Below, in pieces: positions 30,175 through 40,575 of a stretch of 64,000 nt of DNA. How positions within the stretch are numbered: the first letter of the stretch is position 1; every line of letters starts with the position of its first letter. Position numbers and translations under genes: made by a program. The notes under the pieces are model-generated. The model had not been told where the DNA came from and did no database searches. It was given only the letters and a program-made list of their open reading frames with translations. Source of the stretch: a bacterium (GTDB taxonomy: Bacteria > Patescibacteriota > Andersenbacteria > UBA10190 > CAIZMI01); the NCBI GenBank assembly GCA_030647555.1, contig JAUSJG010000008.1, positions 1,467-65,466 of the forward strand. Reading direction: 5' to 3'.

Positions 30175-31460
30175 TATTTTACTGTCGAAACAATAACTTT
30201 ATCACCGGAGTTTAGTCCGCTAACAACTTCAATTGTTCCGTTTGAGCCTAAAAGACCGGTGACAACTTCGCGCTCCGTCTCTGTGCCTTTGGTGTCAACA
30301 ATTTTGACGTATTGTTTTTCATCACGCGTGATAATTGCCCGGCGTTGAACTCCGACAACATTTTCTTTTTTTGCGGCATGTACAATCACGTTGGCCGTTA
30401 AACCCGCTTTTATTTTTTCACTCAAGTTGTCTATTTTGAGACGTATTTCAAATGTTGGCACACCGCCAATCACTTTTGCCGCCGGCGCAACGCGTGTAAC
30501 TGTCGCGGGGTATTGTTCCGTGGAGGGGAAGGCGTCGAATGTTACCGTTGCTTTTTGGTCAACTTTGATCTTCATAGCGTCGGTTTCCGGCACATTCGCC
30601 GTTACTTCCAGTACGCCGTTGCCCTGGATGCTTAAAATGGGTTTCGATGCGCTGGCCAATTCGCCTTCGTTAATATCGCGAGAAGCGATAATGCCGTCAA
30701 AGGGGGCAGTAAGCGTGCTCTTGGCGAGAGCGAGTGCGGCAAGGTTTTCACTCGCCTGAACCGCGGAAAGGCCCGGTGTGTTGAGAGACGCTTGGACGGA
30801 TGCCTGATATTGCGCGCGTGCCAATTCCGCTGTTTTTTGGGAGTCGTAAGTACTGTTTAACAGGGAATCTTTTTGTTCGGAATAAACTTTCTGGGCGTTG
30901 TGATAGGTGGTTTCGGCGCTTAGGACAGTGGAATATTTTGTTTTGGCAGTTGAAGACTCGTCACCGTATTCGTCTCTTGTGGCGTTATAAGCATCGCCTG
31001 CTTGTTCAAAAGCGGCTTTCGCATCTACGACGGCTAAACGGTATTTCAGGATTGTTTTCTCGTTCAATTTCTTCGTGTTCGTGTAGTCCTGTTCCGCTTT
31101 TTGGGAAGAAATCAGGGTTTGGTCTTGCGTGGCGACGCGTTGGGCGCGGGCTTGGGCCAATTGTAATTGAGCGGAACGAACATCTATTTGGGCTAATTTT
31201 TGACCCTTTGTTACAACATCGCCACTATCAACAAAAATATTTTTGACTGTGCCGGCCAGCTCAAACGATAAATCTGAAGAAAGAGGGGATTTTACGTTTC
31301 CAGAAAAACTGACGTCTTGCACGATATCGCCACGCTCGGCCGTGACGGTGCGGGTCACATTAATGGCGGTGCCGTTTCTTCGTCCAAATATTAGATAACC
31401 AATTATCAATAAAACAATTACGACTGTGATACTAGTGTAAATTTTCGTAGATTTTTTCAT
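30174..31460 (-). CDS. MacA-like membrane fusion (adaptor) protein
   Basis: TM anchor, lipoyl-like GDVVTKGQ, long alpha hairpin and APFDG. Confidence 0.9.
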   Translation of the reverse strand: MKKSTKIYTSITVVIVLLIIGYLIFGRRNGTAINVTRTVTAERGDIVQDVSFSGNVKSPLSSDLSFELAGTVKNIFVDSGDVVTKGQKLAQIDVRSAQLQLAQARAQRVATQDQTLISSQKAEQDYTNTKKLNEKTILKYRLAVVDAKAAFEQAGDAYNATRDEYGDESSTAKTKYSTVLSAETTYHNAQKVYSEQKDSLLNSTYDSQKTAELARAQYQASVQASLNTPGLSAVQASENLAALALAKSTLTAPFDGIIASRDINEGELASASKPILSIQGNGVLEVTANVPETDAMKIKVDQKATVTFDAFPSTEQYPATVTRVAPAAKVIGGVPTFEIRLKIDNLSEKIKAGLTANVIVHAAKKENVVGVQRRAIITRDEKQYVKIVDTKGTETEREVVTGLLGSNGTIEVVSGLNSGDKVIVSTVK

Positions 31461-31537
31461 AGAATATGCGTCCAGTTTATTGTATTTTGTGGTTTTTGCC
31501 AAGAAGAATTTTTTAAAGTAAAATGAGAAGGAAATAA

Positions 31538-32467
31538 ATGAAAAAGATTGTTGCTTTCTTTGTTGTTGCGCTACTCCTTAGTGTTTCTCTGGTTCTGTTT
31601 GCCGCGTCAAAAAGTAAGCCCGTACCAAAGCCGGCACTTGGAAAAATTATTGTTACAGCGAGTTTTTATCCTTTGGCTGAGTTTGCAAAAAGAATTGGTG
31701 GAGATTACATCGACGTTGTAAATATTACGCCCGCAGGTGTGGAAGCGCATGATTATGAACCAACTCCACGTGATATCGCGGCAATAAGAGTTTCGAAAGT
31801 TTTCCTTTATCAGGGTGCCGGATTTGATCCTTGGGCGGAACGAGTGGCACAAGACTTAAAAGGAACCGACGTAAAGGCGGTGAATATTACTGATCAGTTT
31901 GATTTAAAATCGGTTATCGGTGAAGGAGTCACCGCGAAAGACCCTCACGTGTGGCTGGATCCTGTTTTGGCACAAAAAGAGGTGTTGAAAATTCGTGACG
32001 CGATAATAAGTGTTTTTCCGCAATATTCCGATCGTTTTAACCAAAACGCGGACGCATTTATTGTGAAATTGGTGGCATTGGACACCTTTATTCGTAAGTC
32101 GTTAACCGGTTGCGCACTTTCCGATATAATTGTTTCTCATCAGGCTTTTAGTTATTTCTCCAGCCGTTATGGAATAAACGAGACGGCGATTTCCGGAATT
32201 TCTCCCGAAGAAGAACCGTCCGCGCAAAGACTCGGAGAAGTGGCACAGTTGGCAAAAGAAAAAAATATTAAAACAATTTTCTTTGAGACATTGGCAAGCC
32301 CCAAACTTGCCGAAACGGTTGCCAAGGAAGCGGGATTAACGACGTTGGTTCTTAATCCTTTGGAGGGATTAATTCCGGAAGAAATCAGTTCCGGCAAAGA
32401 CTACTTGTCGGTTATGGCAGATAACGTGCATAATTTACAGCAAGCGTTGCAATGTCTGAACCAATAA
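31538..32467 (+). CDS. znuA: Zn ABC transporter substrate-binding protein
   Basis: EAHDYEP, DPHVWLDP, SHQAF and PLEG motifs. Confidence 0.9.
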   Translation: MKKIVAFFVVALLLSVSLVLFAASKSKPVPKPALGKIIVTASFYPLAEFAKRIGGDYIDVVNITPAGVEAHDYEPTPRDIAAIRVSKVFLYQGAGFDPWAERVAQDLKGTDVKAVNITDQFDLKSVIGEGVTAKDPHVWLDPVLAQKEVLKIRDAIISVFPQYSDRFNQNADAFIVKLVALDTFIRKSLTGCALSDIIVSHQAFSYFSSRYGINETAISGISPEEEPSAQRLGEVAQLAKEKNIKTIFFETLASPKLAETVAKEAGLTTLVLNPLEGLIPEEISSGKDYLSVMADNVHNLQQALQCLNQ

Positions 32468-33222
32468 TCAAAGTTCAAAAATTAAATTTCCAATATCTTG
32501 GGGAGCAGGTTTTACGTAACTTGTCGTTTTCTATTGATGCCGGTGAATATCTGGGAATTATCGGGCCAAACGGGGGTGGTAAAACAACGTTGGTAAAAAT
32601 TTTGTTGGGATTGCTTAAGCCGACTTCCGGTCAGGTGGTAATGTTCGATCAGACTTTAGAAAATTTTCATGATTTTAATCGCCTTGGGTATGTGCCCCAA
32701 AGAATTTCGCATACCGATAGTGGGTTTCCGGCAACCGTTAATGAAATTGTTTTTAGCGGGCGCACCGCCGATAAGCATCCGTTTTATCGTGTTACTGCCG
32801 AAGATAAAAGAGTTGTCGAAGAGGTAATGAAGGTAACGGAAATAAACAGCTATCGTCATCGGTTAATTGGTAACTTATCCGGCGGGGAAAGACAGCGGGT
32901 ATTTATCGCGCGTGCCTTGGCTTCAGATCCGGAAATACTGATTTTAGATGAACCGACGGTCGGTGTGGATGCGATGGCACAAAAGCAATTTTATTCGTTT
33001 CTAAAAGTGCTTAATAAAACACGGGGAATCACGATTCTGTTTATCACTCATGATTTGGAAATGATCGCAAGGGAAGCCACTAAAGTGCTTTGTTTGAATC
33101 ATAATTTGGTTTGTTATGGTGATCCGTCTGCCGCTTTGGATGACAAAGTTTTACTTGATATGTATCAGACAGACATGAAACACGTTCACGATCATTCACA
33201 CGAAAACGACCAACATGCTTGA
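32452..33222 (+). CDS. znuC: Zn ABC transporter ATPase
   Basis: GPNGGGKT, GYVPQ, LSGGERQR and a His-rich tail. Confidence 0.9.
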   Translation: MSEPIIKVQKLNFQYLGEQVLRNLSFSIDAGEYLGIIGPNGGGKTTLVKILLGLLKPTSGQVVMFDQTLENFHDFNRLGYVPQRISHTDSGFPATVNEIVFSGRTADKHPFYRVTAEDKRVVEEVMKVTEINSYRHRLIGNLSGGERQRVFIARALASDPEILILDEPTVGVDAMAQKQFYSFLKVLNKTRGITILFITHDLEMIAREATKVLCLNHNLVCYGDPSAALDDKVLLDMYQTDMKHVHDHSHENDQHA

Positions 33223-34015
33223 TTTGTTCCAGTATGACTTTATGATTCGCGCTTTCATTGCCGGTATTGCCGTGGCCTTGGTGGCGCCAACGATTGGAAC
33301 ATTTCTTGTTGTGCGTCGGTATTCACTTATGGCGGACACTTTGGCGCACGTGTCTTTGGTTGGAGTGGCGATTGGTTTGGTCACGAAAACTCAACCGGTA
33401 CTGATGGCGATTGTGGCGGCAATAATCGCGGCGGTTTTTATTGAAAAATTGCGCGGTACCAAGCGGGTTTTTGGGGAATCGATTTTGGCACTGTTTCTTT
33501 CCGGTAGTTTGGCAATTGCCAGCGTGATTATCAGCGCGGCGGGCGGGTTTAATATGAGCCTGCTAAATTTTCTCTTTGGCAGTATTACTACCGTCACGCA
33601 ATTGGATGTTTACGTTATCGTCGCGATGAGTTTGGTGATTTTGTTTACCATATTTGTTTTCTTCAATAAGTTTTTCCTGGTGTCGTTTGATGAGGAGTTG
33701 GCGCGCACAGATGGAATTCGCGCAAAAGCATATAGCACGTTATTGGTGGTATTGGCCGCCGTTACCGTTGCTTTATCAATGCGGATTGTCGGAGTGTTGC
33801 TCATTGGTGCCTTGATGGTAATTCCGGTGATCACCGCGATTCAGTTTAGTCGTGGTTTCCGTGCCACAATACTGCTTAGTATCGCCACCTCATTCATGTC
33901 GGTTGTCGTTGGTTTATTAACTTCTTATTATTTCAGTCTCGCCAGTGGTGGAACGATTGTCGTGGTGGCCTTGCTTTTGTTTTTATTAAGTATTGTTTTT
34001 AATAAGAAAACATAA
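33215..34015 (+). CDS. znuB: Zn ABC transporter permease
   Basis: ADTLAHVSLVG, FLFGSI and VGVLLIGALMVIP motifs. Confidence 0.9.
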   Translation: MLDLFQYDFMIRAFIAGIAVALVAPTIGTFLVVRRYSLMADTLAHVSLVGVAIGLVTKTQPVLMAIVAAIIAAVFIEKLRGTKRVFGESILALFLSGSLAIASVIISAAGGFNMSLLNFLFGSITTVTQLDVYVIVAMSLVILFTIFVFFNKFFLVSFDEELARTDGIRAKAYSTLLVVLAAVTVALSMRIVGVLLIGALMVIPVITAIQFSRGFRATILLSIATSFMSVVVGLLTSYYFSLASGGTIVVVALLLFLLSIVFNKKT

Positions 34016-34022
34016 ATAAGTT

Positions 34023-35267
34023 ATGTGCGATTTCATGCAGTGTGTGTCGGCGAGACCAGACGTTAAAACAGTCCCAACTTTGGAATGGACAGTTTTAACG
34101 TCTGGTCTCGCTTTTTACTGCAGTGTAATTAGGGGGATCATTATTGTTTCCATTATTTTCCTTTTCCCGGCGGGGGCTTTCGCGGCCAGTCCCTTGTTGG
34201 ATCAAGTTTCTGTTGGCACGGTACAGATCAAAAAACAAATGGCGAAAAATTTCGTTTTAGACGCTGACGGTAAAAAATTCACCGTACCGGTAAAAACATT
34301 GAAAAATTTTGTTTCCATGATCGAAGCAGGTGATAATACAATGATAAAACTTAAGGCTTGGCACATTTATGATTTTTTAAATGTATATGTATCTCCAAAC
34401 GTGAATGATGAGGGCGCGAACGCGCGTTTTGTTATGAAAAACGGGACGTGGGTTTTTAGCGCGCCCGGGCGAGAAGGGAAAATTGTTGATGGGGTAAAGA
34501 CTTCATTGGCGATTCGCAGTGCATTAGCGTCAGGAAAAAGTATGGCCAAAGTTTCGATGAAAAAATACCTGCCCCCGATTACATCGGAGAAGGAGTTTAA
34601 GAAATTGGGTTTAAACACGATTATCGCGGAAGGCACCACGAATTTTGGCGGGAGTCCTGCTAATCGCGTTAAAAATATTACGGTTGGTCGGGATAAATTA
34701 CAGGGAATACTGATTGCTCCGAATGCTGAATTTTCTTTGGTAAAAACACTAGGTTCAATCACAAAAGAAACAGGTTTTTTTCCGGAACTTGTTATTAAAG
34801 AGAATGTCACAGTTCCGGAATATGGCGGGGGATTATGCCAAATCTCCACAACCCTCTTTAGAGCAATTGTTGCCGGTGGGTTCAATGTCACGGAACGTCG
34901 CAATCATGCTTATCCGGTTAAATATTACGGAACACCGGGATTCGATGCCACTATTTATTCACCGCGTCCGGATTTGCGGTTTATCAATAATACCGGTAAT
35001 TGGTTGATATTGCAGGGTTTAATCGCGGGTAATAAATTAACTTTTCAAATTTACGGCAAGCCGGATGGACGTAAGGTAAAAATCGATGGGCCGCATGTGA
35101 TAGAGAAAAAACCCGATGGTTCGCTTAAAACATTATTACGTGAGGTTGTTCTTGATAAAAATGGAAAAGAAATATTAAATAAACTTTTCCCAAGTTCATA
35201 TAAATCGCCCGACCTTTTTCCTATTACCAGGAAAGAAAATGGGGAAAGTGGTACTATTAAGCCATGA
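34023..35267 (+). CDS. VanW-family protein
   Basis: NRVKNI, GGGLCQISTTLF, ERRNHAY, GFDATIY and DLRFINNT motifs. Confidence 0.9.
   Translation: MCDFMQCVSARPDVKTVPTLEWTVLTSGLAFYCSVIRGIIIVSIIFLFPAGAFAASPLLDQVSVGTVQIKKQMAKNFVLDADGKKFTVPVKTLKNFVSMIEAGDNTMIKLKAWHIYDFLNVYVSPNVNDEGANARFVMKNGTWVFSAPGREGKIVDGVKTSLAIRSALASGKSMAKVSMKKYLPPITSEKEFKKLGLNTIIAEGTTNFGGSPANRVKNITVGRDKLQGILIAPNAEFSLVKTLGSITKETGFFPELVIKENVTVPEYGGGLCQISTTLFRAIVAGGFNVTERRNHAYPVKYYGTPGFDATIYSPRPDLRFINNTGNWLILQGLIAGNKLTFQIYGKPDGRKVKIDGPHVIEKKPDGSLKTLLREVVLDKNGKEILNKLFPSSYKSPDLFPITRKENGESGTIKP
34050..34111. repeat. Long palindrome, same family as 4032-4093
   Basis: 20-bp arms GCGAGACCAGACGTTAAAAC / GTTTTAACGTCTGGTCTCGC. Confidence 0.85.
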
Positions 35268-36157
35268 AAAAAATACTTCTAGTAGTAATTGCGATAGTGG
35301 TCATCCTGGGGGGTGCTTTATTTCTTTATGCAAAGAGGTTTACTCCGGAGCAAAGATTGCAGGCGGCGTTTGTGAATTTGGTTAAAGCGGTGAATGGTCA
35401 TTTGCAGGCGAAGGTGGACATCAAGACTGATCCGGCAACATCAGCGACGCTTTCGGAATTTAAAATAGATACGGATGGTAATTTCCAAAAAGGAAACGGT
35501 GGTCAATTAGACCTTGATTCCAGTGTTGTTGTCGAGGGTTCGATGACAGGAGCTTCGGTGATTGGAAAAGGCGCAGTTCGTTTGGTTGGTGGAAAATTGT
35601 TTTATAAGTTAGATGAAATTCCAGTTGCCTTAGCTGACATTACTTCCATTCGTGGCAAATGGCTTCCCGGTACAACAAATATTAACCTGCTTCCGGATGC
35701 TGCACGCGCGAATATGGTAGTATTATTTCAGAAACCGCAACTTTTTACGTCTATTAAACAGATTGGTAAAGAAAAAGTTGGGACCACAAACACAACGCAT
35801 TTTCAAACAATCTTCTCGGCGAGCGGTTATGCCAGTTTTGTCGAGGAATTTTCTAAATTGTCCGGTAATGCAACACCCGTGAGTAAAGCTGATTTGGAAA
35901 ATGGTGTGAAGGCGTTAAACAATGTTCCGTTTGATGTTTGGCTCGATTCAGGAAACAAATTACGCAAAGTCGCTGTGTCTTATATAAATCCGCAAAATAA
36001 GGCGAACGTGAGTATTGAATTGTTGCTGACAAACTTTGTTGGAAAAGATAAAATCGCCGAACCGGCACAATCGGAACAAATCACACCCGCCCCGGCAACA
36101 CCAGTCGCTTCAGTGGCTCCGATTGTATCGCCTGTCGCAACACCAGCAACAAAATAA
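35264..36157 (+). CDS. Membrane-anchored beta-rich protein (LppX/LolA-like fold possible)
   Basis: N-terminal TM helix, GKEKVG...TTHF and VWLD...LRKV, ending in a Pro/Thr-rich tail. Confidence 0.7.
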   Translation: MKKILLVVIAIVVILGGALFLYAKRFTPEQRLQAAFVNLVKAVNGHLQAKVDIKTDPATSATLSEFKIDTDGNFQKGNGGQLDLDSSVVVEGSMTGASVIGKGAVRLVGGKLFYKLDEIPVALADITSIRGKWLPGTTNINLLPDAARANMVVLFQKPQLFTSIKQIGKEKVGTTNTTHFQTIFSASGYASFVEEFSKLSGNATPVSKADLENGVKALNNVPFDVWLDSGNKLRKVAVSYINPQNKANVSIELLLTNFVGKDKIAEPAQSEQITPAPATPVASVAPIVSPVATPATK

Positions 36158-36319
36158 AAATATTTAAGCAGTTGTTATTTTGGTTGATTCCTTTAATGGA
36201 TCATCCTAAATTTGGATTTGATTAAAAGTGTTTGTCAGATATTTTTAAGTAAAAAAAGGAACCCTTATCGCATTCTCGAAAGAGAAAGGGGTTCAACGGG
36301 AATCGATCCAGATTCCTGA

Positions 36320-36757
36320 CTACATTTGTCGGTAGTCGCGATGGCGGTGCGGCTGCATGCAGTGAAGGCTGTACGTCCAGCCGTCGGCGTCGGATGCATA
36401 GATGGTGAAGTCGTCCTTCGGCGGATCAAGCACCATATTTCTGACCAACGTGCTCTGGTCCGAATTCACCCTGCATTCGCACAACACCCGCTCGTACCCG
36501 CCTTGGTAAACACCGTGGATCACGAGTACTCCGTCGTCTCGGATCTCCAGGTACGGCTTTACCAAAGGAGAGACGGTGAAACTGACGTTACACCCTTCAC
36601 TTTGGAACAACAGCGGGTCGGAGTGTTCGTGAGCGATGTCCCATTGCTCAAACATTCGCTTGCGCACCATCTCCGCTTGGTTCGCGCACTGCTTGGGCGC
36701 ATAGAGGCTGAGCGACCACAATGCAACGCGGCGCGAATAAGTGTGGGTGGACTGCAT
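36320..36757 (-). CDS. Hypothetical protein (ORFan-like)
   Basis: AAGGA SD before ATG 36757; higher GC; hairpin and T-run downstream. Confidence 0.55.
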   Translation of the reverse strand: MQSTHTYSRRVALWSLSLYAPKQCANQAEMVRKRMFEQWDIAHEHSDPLLFQSEGCNVSFTVSPLVKPYLEIRDDGVLVIHGVYQGGYERVLCECRVNSDQSTLVRNMVLDPPKDDFTIYASDADGWTYSLHCMQPHRHRDYRQM

Positions 36758-36889
36758 GACTTTTCCTTTCAAAGAACGGGGGGGGTGGAACAATTACCTG
36801 ATTAAACAAGAGATAATTCTACTCCTTTTTTCAGTTTTTGTCAATAGTTGCTGATTTTGGTGTTAAAAATTGGCTAATGATAAGCAAAA

Positions 36890-36930
36890 GGTGTCAGGTA
36901 CTTTTTGTCGAACAAAAAGTACCTGACACC
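36890..36930. repeat. REP-like palindrome
   Basis: GGTGTCAGGTACTTTTTGT-cga-ACAAAAAGTACCTGACACC. Confidence 0.85.
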
Positions 36931-36955
36931 CTACGTTTTACGCTATACTTATCCA

Positions 36956-37966
36956 ATGGACACAAACATCATCTTTGGAATTATTATCGGCGCGTTGATC
37001 GGGGCAGTTATAATGCTGGTTTTGGCGCGCAAAAAAGGAAATGATCGCACAGCGGAACAAAATCTGATGGATCGTTTTGATAAATTTCAACGCCAGGTGG
37101 AGGCACGGCTGGATTCATCTAAGGAGTTTTTGGCCGAGCGAGTAAATGCCACAGAACGAACGGCGCGGGAACTTTCGCAGCATTTTGGACATTTACGGGA
37201 AGCATCACAGCACATATTGCGAACCAATACCGAGATTTTGGATTTTCAAAAAATGCTCGCTTCACCGTCGGCGCGCGGTGGTTTCGGCGAAATGCTTTTG
37301 GAATCTTTACTGCGAGACATTCTTCCGCAAGACCGTTATGAATTGCAATATACTTTATCATCGGGCGATCGTGCCGACGCGGTTTTGAAATTGCAAGATG
37401 GTTACATTGTTGCAGTCGACGCAAAATTTCCGCTCGCTTGGTACGAACCATTGGTGCACGCATCGGACGAGCAAGAACATTTGGAAGCGTATCGCGCCTT
37501 TTCGGCGGATGTAAAAAAACACGCCAAAGATATTGCCAATAAATATATTCACGAACAAGATCGGACGCTTTCATTCGCATTTATGTATATTCCGACCGAG
37601 GGTGTTTATTACGAAATCGTCCGCAATCCGGAACTTTGGAACGCGATTACGGCTCTCAAGGTTTATCCTGTTTCACCGAATTCTTTTGTGCCGTACATGT
37701 ACACCGTTTTGGTGGGCTTAAAGGGTATGCAAATCGAAAAAGAAGCAAAACATATTTTGGAGTTACTTGGAAAATTACAAAAAGATTTTACCCGCGTGGA
37801 TACGGAATTTGGAAAAGTGGGCGCGCACCTTGAACAGGCCTTGCATCGCCATGAAGACGCGGAAAAGATTTTTTCCCGGTTGAAGGGGAAGGTAGAAGGA
37901 TTGAGTACCGGTTCACAGGCAGAAGTTTTGGATTCCGGCGAAGAAATAAAACCGGAAGAAGTATAA
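36956..37966 (+). CDS. rmuC: DNA recombination protein RmuC
   Basis: RGGFGEMLLE, VDAKFP, FAFMYIPTE and VSPNS motifs. Confidence 0.93.
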   Translation: MDTNIIFGIIIGALIGAVIMLVLARKKGNDRTAEQNLMDRFDKFQRQVEARLDSSKEFLAERVNATERTARELSQHFGHLREASQHILRTNTEILDFQKMLASPSARGGFGEMLLESLLRDILPQDRYELQYTLSSGDRADAVLKLQDGYIVAVDAKFPLAWYEPLVHASDEQEHLEAYRAFSADVKKHAKDIANKYIHEQDRTLSFAFMYIPTEGVYYEIVRNPELWNAITALKVYPVSPNSFVPYMYTVLVGLKGMQIEKEAKHILELLGKLQKDFTRVDTEFGKVGAHLEQALHRHEDAEKIFSRLKGKVEGLSTGSQAEVLDSGEEIKPEEV

Positions 37967-37992
37967 AAAAACCGCTCACGTGAGCGGAGACC

Positions 37993-38385
37993 CTAGGCGG
38001 CCAGAAATTTGCGATACTGACTTCGTCGATAGACCATGTACCATCTCTGATCGTAAGTTGTCAGTGCGTTGTCAGTTAGGCGGTAGGCAGTGACACGGAG
38101 GCTGGAAAACTTCTCGTGTTTCCGGCTTATGCGCTTTACATATCCAGCGACGATCAAGGAATTCAGAATCTGCTGGAGTTTATCCTTGCGAAGAAGGAAA
38201 TCAGATCGTCGAAATTCACTGATCAGTTCGCCTATTGAAAGGCATGTTCCTCGCGGGGAGAGTTTCTCGATGATATACTTTTCGATTGAAAAATAGGTTA
38301 GAAAGTTTCTTCTGATCCGGTCGAAGATCAACGTTACAACGGAAACGAGCACAAAGGTTGCGCAAAACACTTGCAGGGTTGACAT
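37993..38385 (-). CDS. Hypothetical protein (TM helix plus possible winged helix)
   Basis: AAGGA SD; LNSLIVAGYVKR...YRLT resembles a wHTH pattern. Confidence 0.55.
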   Translation of the reverse strand: MSTLQVFCATFVLVSVVTLIFDRIRRNFLTYFSIEKYIIEKLSPRGTCLSIGELISEFRRSDFLLRKDKLQQILNSLIVAGYVKRISRKHEKFSSLRVTAYRLTDNALTTYDQRWYMVYRRSQYRKFLAA

Positions 38386-38519
38386 GATCAAATCCTTCGT
38401 CAGAAATGAGGAAAGTTGGAAAGAAAGAACAAAGACCTATTTTACTCAATGTCGGGTAAAAGTCAAAATTAGGTGCTTGCCTATTGCCTTAACGAGGACT
38501 TTTCTTTACATTCAGCCTT

Positions 38520-39308
38520 ATGCAACTCCCGGAACGTGCTAGAGAAGTAATTGAGGGTTTGGATCAAACACGTGGTCTATTTTATAACGTTGGTCGGCCG
38601 ACGGCGGAGTTATTGTATGTTTTTGCTAAATTGCTTCGGCCAAAGCGTGTTGTGGAAGTGGGAACGGCTAATGGGTACTCCTCGATTATTTTGGGGTCTG
38701 CGGTTAAGGATATTGGCGGTTCAGTTATTACAATTGAGCGAAACGGTCGAATGGCGGAAAACGCGCAAAAAAATATCTTTTCTGCCGGGCTACAAGACGT
38801 AGTCACGGTTCTTCCCGGGAGCGCGTATAAGATATTGGATCGTTTATCGGGACCATTTGGTATGGTTTTTTTGGACGCGACCAAACAGGAATATCTTGGT
38901 TACTTTGAACGTGTAAAAAATAAAATTTCACCCAATGGTTTATTGATTGCCGATAATGTGGTTTCGCATGAACAAGAGTTGGGCGATTTTATGCGAGAGG
39001 TGAGTGGTGATAATAATTTTTCGTCCTCAATTTTGCCATTTGGAAGTGGGCTAATGATTGCTACGAGAAACCCTGTCAAAGAGCCTGTAGAGAAAAAACA
39101 TATTTCGGATATGGGTGAATTGGTAAAACAAATCGGACCAAGGATATTTCAAGGCACGGCACGTGACGTGCAAAACGGGAAAATCTTTCTTAAAAATTTG
39201 TACGACAAAACAAATAATGATATTCATTTAAAGCAAGAATCGGCGGACGATTTGGATGGTTACGAAGAAGCACTTTTTGAGGAAGAGAGTAAACTTCCGG
39301 AGTTGTAA
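38520..39308 (+). CDS. O-methyltransferase (YrrM/TrmR-like) with an acidic tail
   Basis: VEVGTANGYS, VFLDATK and IADNV motifs. Confidence 0.88.
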   Translation: MQLPERAREVIEGLDQTRGLFYNVGRPTAELLYVFAKLLRPKRVVEVGTANGYSSIILGSAVKDIGGSVITIERNGRMAENAQKNIFSAGLQDVVTVLPGSAYKILDRLSGPFGMVFLDATKQEYLGYFERVKNKISPNGLLIADNVVSHEQELGDFMREVSGDNNFSSSILPFGSGLMIATRNPVKEPVEKKHISDMGELVKQIGPRIFQGTARDVQNGKIFLKNLYDKTNNDIHLKQESADDLDGYEEALFEEESKLPEL

Positions 39309-39360
39309 TTATATTTTTGGACACTTGCACTGAATAAGAACAGACAAATTTATTCTTAAA

Positions 39361-39490
39361 AAATTTTCAATGATCAATTCCCAATTTTCAATTAATTATC
39401 AAACGACTTAATTATCAATTGACGACGTCGCCTTTTGATAATTTAAGAATTGGTCATTAATTGATAATTGACCATTGAAAATTGATAATT
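39361..39490. repeat. Heptamer-armed palindrome, family B, copy 3
   Basis: Same arms and the same GACGACGTCG centre as 17803-17930. Confidence 0.88.
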
Positions 39491-39501
39491 ATCAAGTTAA
39501 T

Positions 39502-40575
39502 TTATTGGCTTATGAGCGTGATTTTATTTACGATTTCCTCAAAAACCGTCTTAACATTTAAAGCAAATAATGTTTCGTCGGCGGTTTGCAGTTTTTTAAT
39601 TTCACGCAGTTTTGTAACATCATAAGTTGGTTTTGTACCTTCAGCCCGAATCACGTGTCCATAATTTCCCCACGGTGCAGTGCGCGTTTCGTCGGTTGGG
39701 CCGAACAATCCAAATGTTGAAACTTTTTGGGAGACGGCAACGTGCATTAAGCCGGAATCATTACTGACAAACAAACTACACATACTCATTAGTGCTGTCG
39801 TTTCGCGTAGCGAGAGGGTGACATTGAATGGCTCATGTCGCATGTTTTTTGCAATTTCCGTTTTTAAGTGGTCTTCATCCGCACTACCGAAAATTAAGAT
39901 TTTGGCTTTAAATTGGTCGGCCAATTGGTCGGCCAATTGTGCCCAGCGTTCAGTTGGCCAGCGCTTATAGATCATGTCCGAGTTTGTTCCAGGGTGAAGG
40001 CCAATCAAATTTGTTTCATTGATATTGTTTTGTGTAAGAAAATATTCAGCTCCTTTTTGCTCGTCAGAAGTAAGTGGAAAATCATATTCGGTATTTGTGG
40101 AACTGGTATCAATATCAAGCCCTTGAAGTAAGTTTAGATTTTGTTGAATGTCGTGTATCTGTTGCAGTGCGAATGATTTTGTAAGAAAGAGGCCACTATT
40201 TTTCAAGAAATGATAATTGTATTTATGGCCGATGCGTGTTGGTATCATGCCAAAAGAAAGGAGTGAACTGCTAGTGATCAACTGTCCAGGGTAAGCAACT
40301 ATCCCAATATCAAATTTTCCTTGCTGTATCGTTTTAATCATTCCAACGCGCTGTCTTAATGATGGTTTTGGGAATCCAACAAACAAATTTTTGATATTAT
40401 TATTGTGTAGTAATACATCTTTTGTTCCGCGTGGTGCCACCATCACCGAAATTTCTGCGGTGGAATTTGTCTCTTTTAGTTTCTTTATTAAGGGTGTTTG
40501 CATGAGTAAATTTCCGATACCGGACATTGCCATAACAAGAACGTGCGGTCGTTCGGTTGTCTTATAATTAATCAT
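39502..40575 (-). CDS. GT9 (heptosyltransferase-like) glycosyltransferase
   Basis: GIGNLL, HPG...KRWP, SNDSGLMH and FGPT motifs. Confidence 0.9.
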   Translation of the reverse strand: MINYKTTERPHVLVMAMSGIGNLLMQTPLIKKLKETNSTAEISVMVAPRGTKDVLLHNNNIKNLFVGFPKPSLRQRVGMIKTIQQGKFDIGIVAYPGQLITSSSLLSFGMIPTRIGHKYNYHFLKNSGLFLTKSFALQQIHDIQQNLNLLQGLDIDTSSTNTEYDFPLTSDEQKGAEYFLTQNNINETNLIGLHPGTNSDMIYKRWPTERWAQLADQLADQFKAKILIFGSADEDHLKTEIAKNMRHEPFNVTLSLRETTALMSMCSLFVSNDSGLMHVAVSQKVSTFGLFGPTDETRTAPWGNYGHVIRAEGTKPTYDVTKLREIKKLQTADETLFALNVKTVFEEIVNKITLISQ

